Below, piece after piece: positions 25,708-33,355 of a stretch of DNA of 33,355 nt; the stretch's first letter is position 1, and each line of letters begins with the position of its first letter. Both the position numbers and the translations under genes were made by a program. The notes under the pieces were generated by a model. That model was not told the origin of the DNA and ran no database searches. It was given only the letters and a program-made list of their open reading frames with translations. Origin of the DNA: a virus (Duplodnaviria; Caudoviricetes); the IMG/VR virus record IMGVR_UViG_3300037044_000237, positions 1-33,355 of that record; one strand, given 5' to 3'.

Positions 25708-27311
25708 GCTGGACTGTTAATATATTTCAGGGCAACGGCCCCGCCATAACTCCGGTTGAAGTTACGGAAAACAGCTATGTTAATCGCAACGTTATGGGCG
25801 AGTGCACTGCCTATATTGAATTCTTTACTGACGAGCCGGTTTCAATCGCGCATGGCGACTATTGCGTACTGCTCGGCGACCAGTACTTTATAAAAGATCA
25901 GGTAATACCAACACGCGAGGTAAATAGGCTGAAATATCAACTTACCCTTTACGGAACCGTTCACGAACTTGAAAAGGTTGTTTACTTCATTAGTGATTCT
26001 ACCGGCGAAGGAATAACAGCCGACGTAAGCTGGAGCTGTACGCCCCTCGAATTTTTGAATCAGCTTATTGTAAACCTTATCAGGGTTCACACATTGGTGC
26101 CCTGGAACGCGGGTAGCTGCCTGAGCGCCCCGGCAAAAACAATTACGCTTAAAAACAATAACTGTCTTGAAGCTCTGCAAGCCGCTGCCGAGCTATTCGG
26201 AACACACTGGGAGGTTAAGCATCATACTATTAGGCTCAACAAACTCGTAAATGAAAACCTGCTCACGCTTGAGGTTGGGAAAAATAAAGGGCTACGCGAA
26301 ATAACCGCGAATAAGGGCAGCGATTCAAAGCTAATAACAAGGCTTTATGCATACGGGTCAGACCAGAACAGCCCCACCGGCCAGCCACTTGCCATTGATC
26401 CGATAGATCAGCCAGGGGCAATTGAAGTAATTGAAGCTATCGAGGTGTTTGATGATATATTCCCGCAGTTCCTGCTTGCCGTAACGCTTGTGGTTCACAC
26501 AGGGCCGTATAGCAATGTGCTGCTTACGAATCCAACCGGTTTTAATATCCCTGATTATATAATCCAGGGGCAGACGCCACAGTTGACATTTCTTTCAGGG
26601 GAATGTAACGGGCTAACATTTACACTCGCCTGGACTGACTACATGGGTGAAATTGGTTATGTTCCGCTACCCCGAGCACTCCCGGACGGCACGGTAATTC
26701 CCGGATCACCAGGTTATGAAATATTCCCTGGAGATAAATTTGAAATCTGGAATGTAACCATGCCGGACTATTTTATGGATGAGGCCCGCCTGAGACTTCA
26801 GGAAGCTGCTGAGGCCTACCTGAATGACCACCAAATGAAAACAAAGCTCAATCTGTTTTGTGATGAAATATACTTCAGGCGCAATATGCTAAGCTTATCC
26901 CTGCACGACAGGCTTAATGTAATATCAGACATTGTGCTGCAGTTGGCCAGCCCCGGCGTTGAGGTTGAAGTAATCGGCTATAAAAAACGGATCGTAAAGC
27001 CCTGGCTCTACGACTCATTAACGGTCGGTGATGTGGTGCTCAAGGAAACGGGCTCATCAACAATGACACAGATAATTGAAAAGATTATACTGAAAACCAT
27101 TGAAACCGGCGTGGACGACAAGCACTTTGTTCATGCCCAGCAAACCTCATCAGCCGAATGGTTCGTAACCCACGCGCTTGGTAAAAAGCCCGCTGTAAGC
27201 CTGCTTAACTTCGACGGGAGCACGAAAGACGGGCAGATCGTATTTCTGAGCCCCAATACTCTGAAAGTACTTTTTTCAGTACCCGGTACCGGGTATGCAA
27301 TATGTAACTAA
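25704..27311 (+). CDS. Tail tip/hub protein
   Basis: VMGE, LITRLYAYGSDQN, VFDDIFP, FLSGECNG; C-terminal WFVTHALGKKPAV domain. Confidence 0.7.
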   Translation: MSWTVNIFQGNGPAITPVEVTENSYVNRNVMGECTAYIEFFTDEPVSIAHGDYCVLLGDQYFIKDQVIPTREVNRLKYQLTLYGTVHELEKVVYFISDSTGEGITADVSWSCTPLEFLNQLIVNLIRVHTLVPWNAGSCLSAPAKTITLKNNNCLEALQAAAELFGTHWEVKHHTIRLNKLVNENLLTLEVGKNKGLREITANKGSDSKLITRLYAYGSDQNSPTGQPLAIDPIDQPGAIEVIEAIEVFDDIFPQFLLAVTLVVHTGPYSNVLLTNPTGFNIPDYIIQGQTPQLTFLSGECNGLTFTLAWTDYMGEIGYVPLPRALPDGTVIPGSPGYEIFPGDKFEIWNVTMPDYFMDEARLRLQEAAEAYLNDHQMKTKLNLFCDEIYFRRNMLSLSLHDRLNVISDIVLQLASPGVEVEVIGYKKRIVKPWLYDSLTVGDVVLKETGSSTMTQIIEKIILKTIETGVDDKHFVHAQQTSSAEWFVTHALGKKPAVSLLNFDGSTKDGQIVFLSPNTLKVLFSVPGTGYAICN

Positions 27312-27312
27312 G

Positions 27313-28623
27313 ATGGCAAGTAAACCAATTGACATACAGCACGATTTCGTAGTTATTGGAGCGCCTGAGGCGCCCCAAAGCGCCTACGTTGGTTTGTTCG
27401 CCTCAGCTCTTGGCCTTGCACAAATATTCAGCGACGGGCGCACAGGGTTACTCCTCAGCACCCTCGACCGCCGCCCTGATGTTAGAGCCGCCGGAGCCAC
27501 AGACGACAGCGTGGTAACCGAGACCGGCATCAGGGCGGCGATCAATGCCGCTGTATCAGGAGCTACCGGATACTGGAAAAGGGTGGGGACTGTTTTAAGC
27601 CCGCTTACCGCCGGAGATACCATCAACGTAGCCTCTTCCGGCGCGGTTCAAGCAATATATGGAATATGCAATGGCGCGGTTAATAGCGTAGGAGTTAGAG
27701 GTAGCTCAGATTCCGGCTTTGGAATTTATGGAAGTTCAGATACCTCATATGGTGCAGTGGGCATTTCGATTTCCGGGGGGGGTGGTTATTTTAACTCTTC
27801 AAGTGGAACGGGAGTAATAGGCTCGAGCGGAAGCGGAAAAGGTGGGACTTTTACCTCAGGAACCAATTTTGCGATCGAGGCGACAATAAACAATAGCATA
27901 ACTAACCAGAGGTATGGATTATTAAGCCTCGTAAGAAACACAACCGGGACTGCCGCTAATGGTATAGGCATAAATATTGACTTTCAAATAGAAATGGCCG
28001 GGGGTTTCACTCAAAGCCAGGCCTTAATAGGAGCCGAGCTCACTAATGCAACCTCTGCTACATCCGATTTCATATTTCAGCTAAGAAACGCTGGTTCAAC
28101 CGTTGCTGAAGTACTCAGGCTTAAGGGAAACGGTGATATGCTTTCCTACGCTGACACTTACCAAACAAAAGCAGGTGGACCCGTTAGCCGGTTACGTTCA
28201 TTCCGAAACAACTCCGGAACTCCCGGTTTTCTGAAATCAGGCGACTATCTTGGATCACTCACATTTGATGCCTGGTCGTCAGCCTCAACTTATGCCGGTG
28301 TAGCCGGAATTATAGCTTCAGCAACGGCAGATCACGATGCCACCAACTTCGCCTCAAAACTTGAATTCTGGTTGATGGCTGCAAGTAGCTCATCGCCCCG
28401 CCAGGTTGGTGAATTTACCCCCGCCGGAAAGCTTAAAGGAGTATTCGGATTTGCGGTACCTGGTGGCGATGGCATTAGTGGAACATCAACAATAATAACC
28501 GGAGTGTCCTATAATTCAGGCACAATGATTTTAACATTTACCCGCGATACGCTGACAATTAGCGGGGGCATAGTAACCCTCGTTGAGGCGGCATCAAACA
28601 CCGTAATACCTTTATCACCATGA
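27313..28623 (+). CDS. Tail fibre-like protein
   Basis: Gly/Ser ~10-aa repeats (GVRGSSDSGF, GIYGSSDTSY), beta-rich; likely start ATG 27313. Confidence 0.65.
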   Translation: MASKPIDIQHDFVVIGAPEAPQSAYVGLFASALGLAQIFSDGRTGLLLSTLDRRPDVRAAGATDDSVVTETGIRAAINAAVSGATGYWKRVGTVLSPLTAGDTINVASSGAVQAIYGICNGAVNSVGVRGSSDSGFGIYGSSDTSYGAVGISISGGGGYFNSSSGTGVIGSSGSGKGGTFTSGTNFAIEATINNSITNQRYGLLSLVRNTTGTAANGIGINIDFQIEMAGGFTQSQALIGAELTNATSATSDFIFQLRNAGSTVAEVLRLKGNGDMLSYADTYQTKAGGPVSRLRSFRNNSGTPGFLKSGDYLGSLTFDAWSSASTYAGVAGIIASATADHDATNFASKLEFWLMAASSSSPRQVGEFTPAGKLKGVFGFAVPGGDGISGTSTIITGVSYNSGTMILTFTRDTLTISGGIVTLVEAASNTVIPLSP

Positions 28624-28955
28624 AAAAAAACGCAGAAAGAGTACTCTTAATCACGATTAAAGAACGTGTGATCCTCCCCGGAATCTTACCGGCTCAGGGC
28701 GACAAATTAACAATGATCATGTGCCGCTCTTTAATCCAAAAGGCGGAGTTCACCACTCAGGAGATCAAAAAGTTTGAGATGACAGCGACCGGTGAGGCTG
28801 TAACCTGGGGAAAGGCCGGAAATGAGGCAAGCTTCACAATTGACATAAGCGACGCCGAAGCAATGATCCTGAAGGATGCGTCAAAGGAGCTGGACTCATC
28901 CAAGCGGATCACACAACACAACCTAAGCCTGATCGAAAAAATAGAGGCTCTTTAA
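28620..28955 (+). CDS. Hypothetical (possible fibre chaperone)
   Basis: Small helical ORF coupled to the fibre gene. Confidence 0.55.
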   Translation: MKKNAERVLLITIKERVILPGILPAQGDKLTMIMCRSLIQKAEFTTQEIKKFEMTATGEAVTWGKAGNEASFTIDISDAEAMILKDASKELDSSKRITQHNLSLIEKIEAL

Positions 28956-28976
28956 AACCATTTAAAACCAAAAACC

Positions 28977-29216
28977 ATGATCACAATTTCAGCAGATGCC
29001 ACCTATTTGAAAGTAGGCGGAAAGTCAATCCGGAAGGATAACATTCTATTTTTCGACCGCGATGCGACAAACGTACATGTAATCCTGTCAGGACGGCAAT
29101 TCGGATCGATGCACGACGATAATGGTATAACTATACCATTTGCCGAGGCTGATATAGCTGGCCACGCCGCTTTTGTAAGTACTGATGAACTTCAGTTATT
29201 TCTGGAGACAATGTAG
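28977..29216 (+). CDS. Hypothetical virion-module protein
   Basis: A-rich start; resembles the N-terminus of the next gene. Confidence 0.65.
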   Translation: MITISADATYLKVGGKSIRKDNILFFDRDATNVHVILSGRQFGSMHDDNGITIPFAEADIAGHAAFVSTDELQLFLETM

Positions 29217-29219
29217 GGT

Positions 29220-29831
29220 ATGGTAATAGCAGACGCGGGCACTTGGCTCCGGATCGGGGCGGTCTCAATTAACAAACGAAAAATTAAGCTAATCAGAAGC
29301 CAGGGCAATAATGTCCTGATCGATGTGAGCGGGCGTGAAAAGGAATTCCACGCCGGTAATGTAATTGCAATTGACTACCGGGATGTGACAGACCCGCAGG
29401 TTTTTGGGAGTGCGGGGGAGCTGGAGGCGTGGGTTCTGGAGGCGACATTGTTGAACCAATTCGACTGGACTGGAAAGTTTCCGTCTGACTTGGAAATAAC
29501 GGTTAACACACCGGAAGATGTTACCTTAAATTGGGTTAATAACGGAACAGCCGACTACGATAATATAATTCTGGAAAGGTCAACGGACAATGTTAGTTAT
29601 GCAGCCGTATCGGTATTACCAATCGGTACGACCATTGCAGCCGATGATATTACGATTGATACTTATTTCTGGCGTATTCGCTACAAAGCAGGCACGTCTT
29701 ATTCATATGCCTCAAACGTGGTAACCGTAACGGAATCAATCATTTTAAATGCAATCGGGGCAAGGTTAACCGAAGATGGCAAAGTTAGATTAACCGAAGA
29801 TGGCAAAATCAGGGTAGTAGAAACAGTTTAA
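29220..29831 (+). CDS. Fibronectin type III-like domain protein
   Basis: PSDL..VTLNW....IILERS...YFWRIRY...SYASNVVTV. Confidence 0.7.
   Translation: MVIADAGTWLRIGAVSINKRKIKLIRSQGNNVLIDVSGREKEFHAGNVIAIDYRDVTDPQVFGSAGELEAWVLEATLLNQFDWTGKFPSDLEITVNTPEDVTLNWVNNGTADYDNIILERSTDNVSYAAVSVLPIGTTIAADDITIDTYFWRIRYKAGTSYSYASNVVTVTESIILNAIGARLTEDGKVRLTEDGKIRVVETV
29766..29807 (+). repeat. Tandem 18-bp direct repeat, 24-bp period
   Basis: TTAACCGAAGATGGCAAA at 29766 and 29790 (RLTEDGK x2). Confidence 0.9.
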
Positions 29832-29842
29832 AAATTACATAA

Positions 29843-30523
29843 ATGGAAACAACAAAAATATCAGCGATTGCAACCGAAGCCACAGTATTAACGGGTGCTG
29901 AAAAGTACGAAATTTTGCAGGCAGGAGCTACAAAATACGTAACTCAGGAAACAGTGTTAAGTGAATCAGATAATCATCTGAAACTTATCAAAACACTCGG
30001 TTCGCCTGCATTGGCTTTTACGCTTAACCCGATGCTGATTCAACAAACACAAACTTTAGTTGATACCCGTGAGTATATGGTTCCGATATATTTGCCAAAA
30101 GCGGCGACATTAACGGGAGTTAAATTTGTTCAGGTAACGCAGGGCAATTACACAGCCGATCAAAACAACCGTATCGGGCTTTACAGCGTTGCAGCGGGGG
30201 TGCTTACATTGGTTGCTGAATGTGTCAATGATGGCGATTTCTGGAAGTCAGCGCCAGGTGTAATTACTAAGGCATTTGCAACACCATACGCAGCAGCAGC
30301 AGGCGTTTATTATATAGGCTTTCTTTATAATAACTCAGCTCAAACAACTGCACCTGGAATTGGGGCAACATTAACAATGAGTGCTAATGTTTCAGCATTA
30401 GATTTAGCAAACTCAAATAAACTTTCTTCATACTTTGAGAGTAAAACAGATTTAGTGCCCTCGACAACAGCGTTGAGTGCAGCCTCTGTAGCTGGTCAAA
30501 TACCTTTTTTTATGCTCTACTAA
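29843..30523 (+). CDS. Tail-associated beta-rich protein
   Basis: N-terminal TKISAI...LTGAE adaptor-like segment; RIGLY, GVYYIG. Confidence 0.6.
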   Translation: METTKISAIATEATVLTGAEKYEILQAGATKYVTQETVLSESDNHLKLIKTLGSPALAFTLNPMLIQQTQTLVDTREYMVPIYLPKAATLTGVKFVQVTQGNYTADQNNRIGLYSVAAGVLTLVAECVNDGDFWKSAPGVITKAFATPYAAAAGVYYIGFLYNNSAQTTAPGIGATLTMSANVSALDLANSNKLSSYFESKTDLVPSTTALSAASVAGQIPFFMLY

Positions 30524-30525
30524 TC

Positions 30526-31893
30526 ATGCCGACTTTTGAAAGTTATGGAGCAATAGGAGATGGAGTTGCCGATGATCGTAACGCTGTTTATAATGCCTTA
30601 AATTCAGGGCTTGAAATAACGGCTGCACACGGTGCGGTTTACTACATTGGCTCAAACATTGAGATTGCAGGAAAGAATATAAATGTTACAGGGCTTGCAA
30701 CATTTTTGTTTAAGAGTGCAGTAAATATTAAAGTTTCAGGAGTGGCAGGAGTGAACACAACGGTAAAGACAAACACGGCTGTAAATGACGCTTACGTGGA
30801 AGTAACTAATCCTGCCGGGTTCGCTGTTGGTAATCTGATTTCAATAACTACATCAGAGGCTAATTCGTGGCCTTACGATGCTAATTACAGGAATGGGGAG
30901 TTGCACCTGATTACGGACATTGACGGGGATAAACTTTATGTTGATGATAAAATCTGGACTGAATGGGTAACAGGGGTCAATACTTTAAAAGTGGTTCAAT
31001 ATGTGCCTATTACGGTAACAATGTCAAACATAATTATCAAATATGAAACTCCACAACTCATCAATGCGGGGCTTTATATTTCCTATGCAAAGGACAGCGT
31101 ACTTAATAAAGTTCACGAACACGATGCAAGGTACATAGGCATAATGATTCACGGATGCTATAATACTATTTTTTCAAACGGTTCTATAAATGGTGCAAAT
31201 GCTGATAACGGGTATGGGTTAAGATTTCAGGGGAGCAATAAAAGCGAAGTTTTTGGATGCCGGTTTTTCAGGAATTTTAAATCTATTGAAAATGCAAGTT
31301 CACCGCCAACGCAAAATGATTACGGAAATTACCCAAACCGTAATTTGTATGTTCACCACAATACAGGTGACGGATTAGGGATGCACGATTCAGGGCAAAC
31401 GCTATTCAGCAGGGGCAGTATTTTTGCTTCTTCACACGCTTCGATGCAGAATTATATTGTCAAAAATAATACTGTTAAGAACTTTTATCATTGTTTTCAG
31501 GCAACCGGGCCGGATGCTGAGATAGAAGATAACACAATTACAGGCAAAACAATGCACCTTGTATTACTTGCTTACGGTAAGAATTACAGCGTAAAAAATA
31601 ATATCTCAACTGCTAAAATAGGCACATTATTAACAGGCGGTTCTTTTGTGCTTTTCCTCGACCTTGCAGAATCCGGAGGAGTTGAAATAGTTGGTAATGA
31701 TGTTAGGACTTTGCAGACCTACTTTACTGTTGTCGGAGGCACGCTTGACGCAAACAATGTAACCATAACAGGCAACACCGGCAGGTTTGCCGATGGTCAA
31801 ACGTACGTTTATAATCAAAAGAGCCGAATACCCGGAGTTGTCGAATCTGATAACACCTGGATAGGCTCTAATGTAAGTGACACGAAAGATTAA
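30526..31893 (+). CDS. Pectate-lyase-like parallel beta-helix protein (tailspike/depolymerase candidate)
   Basis: YGAIGDGVADDRNAVYNALN motif and Asn-rich beta-helix repeats. Confidence 0.8.
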   Translation: MPTFESYGAIGDGVADDRNAVYNALNSGLEITAAHGAVYYIGSNIEIAGKNINVTGLATFLFKSAVNIKVSGVAGVNTTVKTNTAVNDAYVEVTNPAGFAVGNLISITTSEANSWPYDANYRNGELHLITDIDGDKLYVDDKIWTEWVTGVNTLKVVQYVPITVTMSNIIIKYETPQLINAGLYISYAKDSVLNKVHEHDARYIGIMIHGCYNTIFSNGSINGANADNGYGLRFQGSNKSEVFGCRFFRNFKSIENASSPPTQNDYGNYPNRNLYVHHNTGDGLGMHDSGQTLFSRGSIFASSHASMQNYIVKNNTVKNFYHCFQATGPDAEIEDNTITGKTMHLVLLAYGKNYSVKNNISTAKIGTLLTGGSFVLFLDLAESGGVEIVGNDVRTLQTYFTVVGGTLDANNVTITGNTGRFADGQTYVYNQKSRIPGVVESDNTWIGSNVSDTKD

Positions 31894-31938
31894 TTTTAGT
31901 TCACCTTTAGAACGGGATGAGCTACTGAATAGCACATA

Positions 31939-32062
31939 AAGAGGCCTCTGCCTCTTCATAGCAGGTCTCACGCTGCTATAAAGCAAAGGTGCGGTAACAC
32001 CACGACAAAGGCCTAAAGCCTTATCGGTGTTACCGCACCTATTTTATTTTAACCTGTGAGAC
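31939..32062. ncRNA. Multi-hairpin structured element upstream of ABC-GNAT operon
   Basis: Hairpins 31939-31956 and 31958-31979; perfect 15-bp inverted repeat 31987-32001/32026-32040; GTCTCAC/GTGAGAC long-range pair. Confidence 0.6.
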
Positions 32063-32063
32063 A

Positions 32064-32219
32064 ATGCAAAACTATGAAAAAAAAGAAACAGTGAAAAAGA
32101 GCTACGCTTACCGGCCCCAATTCGGGCTGGTAATTATATGCCAGGATGAGCAGGAACAAATCAAGCTCTTTAATGAGCTACAGTCAAAAAATCTAAAGCT
32201 TAAAGTTGTAACCGTATGA
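32064..32219 (+). CDS. Unlisted 51-aa protein coupled to ABC-GNAT
   Basis: MQNYEKKETVKKSYAYRPQFGLVIICQDEQEQIKLFNELQSKNLKLKVVTV (alternative GTG 32091); ATGA overlap with 32216. Confidence 0.7.
   Translation: MQNYEKKETVKKSYAYRPQFGLVIICQDEQEQIKLFNELQSKNLKLKVVTV
32067..32074 (-). promoter_or_regulatory. Antisense Bacteroidetes -7 box
   Basis: TAGTTTTG(CA) on - strand, perfect TAnnTTTG; no clear -33 box. Confidence 0.45.
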
Positions 32220-33355
32220 GAATCGAAATCAACCATACCTGCGCTAATTATGATAGCTACAGGGCAGAGCGGGTAAAATCGCTTTTCAATGCTGAAACGG
32301 GGTACTCCTGGTCGCACATAGCCGAGTTACCCATCGATGAGTTATTCTGGCAGATCGGGCTTATAGTCGGCCCCAGCGGATCGGGTAAAAGCTCAATCGG
32401 TAGGGCCATCTACCCAGATACCCCTTTACATGATCTTTATGCCGGGTGGCCAGCCGATAGGCCAATAGTGGACGCGATTGCACCCACTGGCGACTTTAAC
32501 CAGGTTACGGGAGCATTGGCGGCCGTCGGGCTCGGAGACGTTCCCGCATGGCTCAGGCCGTTCAGGGTATTATCGAACGGCGAGCAGTTCAGGGCAGGCC
32601 TGGCAAGGCTAATCTGCGAGCGTCCGGAGGTGGCCGTAATTGATGAGTTCACCAGCGTAATTGATAGGCAGATCGCTAAGGTTGGCGCGGCCGCCTTCGG
32701 TAAAAGCTGGAGGAGAGGTTCCGGGAGGGTGGTATTATTAACGCCACATTATGATGTAATTGAATGGCTTCAACCGGACTGGGTATATGATACTAAAGAG
32801 GCGCGGTATTACAGCCGTGACTGCCTTCGGCAACGACCGGAGATTGGTATCACAATTTACAGAGTTCCGGGAACGAAATGGGGTTATTTTAAGCCGCATT
32901 ACTATTTAGACTTGCCGTTCCCTGTCGCGGCTCAATACTTTATTGCCTTCGCTGGCGATGAACCGGTCGCACACCTGGCCGTGTGCCCGATGTTTCAATC
33001 AAAGCATTACAGGGCCACTCGTATGGTTGTGCTCCCGGAGTGGCAGGGAATAGGGGTCGGAACGGCGTTTCTGAATGAGGTATGCCGACAGCACCTGATC
33101 GGCAACGGCCGCAACGGGCACCAATTTAGCACGCTATTCCATACCTCGCACCCGCAGCTGTGTAGCGCGCTCAGAAAGTCGGTACAATGGGAGCAAGTAA
33201 GCGGGGCCATAAAGTTTGATAACAAGGCCAAATCAATAAAGACCTTGCAGGCCTCGGCCGAGGCAAAGGGCCAGCGCAAGAAGTCGGGCGGGTTTGGTGG
33301 CCATTTCAGGGCCATACAGGGCTTTAAGTTTAAAGGCAGTGAAAATGGTCATTAA
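32216..33355 (+). CDS. ABC-type ATPase fused to GNAT acyltransferase; putative DNA-modification enzyme
   Basis: GPSGSGKS, LSNGE signature, VIDEF, LTPH; GNAT motif A RMVVLPEWQGIGVG; no TM partner in window. Confidence 0.82.
   Translation: MRIEINHTCANYDSYRAERVKSLFNAETGYSWSHIAELPIDELFWQIGLIVGPSGSGKSSIGRAIYPDTPLHDLYAGWPADRPIVDAIAPTGDFNQVTGALAAVGLGDVPAWLRPFRVLSNGEQFRAGLARLICERPEVAVIDEFTSVIDRQIAKVGAAAFGKSWRRGSGRVVLLTPHYDVIEWLQPDWVYDTKEARYYSRDCLRQRPEIGITIYRVPGTKWGYFKPHYYLDLPFPVAAQYFIAFAGDEPVAHLAVCPMFQSKHYRATRMVVLPEWQGIGVGTAFLNEVCRQHLIGNGRNGHQFSTLFHTSHPQLCSALRKSVQWEQVSGAIKFDNKAKSIKTLQASAEAKGQRKKSGGFGGHFRAIQGFKFKGSENGH

Larger units (their letters stand above)
1..33355. mobile_element. Mu-like transposable prophage (siphovirus-type tail), internal portion; probable Bacteroidetes host
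   Basis: DDE transposase followed by ATPase; Mu-type portal/MuF/gpG/gp36-like head genes; terminase, capsid, tail tube, tape measure; no sheath gene seen. Ends and repressor not in window. Confidence 0.95.

Noticed and set aside
27295-31893. Diversity-generating retroelement or Gin-type invertible segment
   Set aside because: No reverse transcriptase, invertase, template/variable repeat pair or flanking inverted repeats seen in the window.
1-33355. CRISPR array, tRNA/rRNA, Mu end repeats
   Set aside because: None recognised by eye; the window starts and ends at gene boundaries, so ends lie outside.
1-33355. Stop-codon reassignment
   Set aside because: Genes are full length under the standard code and all three stop codons end genes.
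32216-33355. ABC transporter or resistance gene
   Set aside because: No transmembrane or binding-protein partner in window; fused GNAT and phage context argue against transport.

Overview
The whole window is the interior of a Mu-like (transposable) prophage with a non-contractile tail, most likely from a Bacteroidetes host (TAnnTTTG-type promoter boxes, A-rich translation starts, Bacteroidetes-style lipoproteins). Layout: (1) + strand early operon, 1-9024: HTH regulator, DDE transposase, two P-loop ATPases, GemA-like, DUF3164-like, DUF4406-like, ParB-like and small genes. (2) A structured leader plus an Ig-like lipoprotein moron, 9025-10210. (3) A - strand packaging/head operon: small and large terminase, gp36-like, portal, MuF, gpG-like, gp37-like. 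(4) A divergent + strand late operon: Clp protease/scaffold, capsid, lysis genes, tail tube, chaperones, tape measure, tail tip/fibres, beta-helix spike. (5) A terminal ABC-ATPase/GNAT gene at the position Mu uses for mom. The repressor and the phage ends lie outside the window. Best leads: an apparent -1 programmed frameshift fusing the portal to a start-less MuF protein that has a possible C-terminal toxin domain and no immunity ORF but a convergent promoter-driven hairpin RNA; a structured, antisense-covered leader before the ABC-GNAT putative DNA-modification operon; a C4/CI-like RNA switch; a G12 tract that breaks a hidden early gene; and a capsid protein with a hydrophobic leader. All family assignments come from motif recognition and gene order, not database searches.
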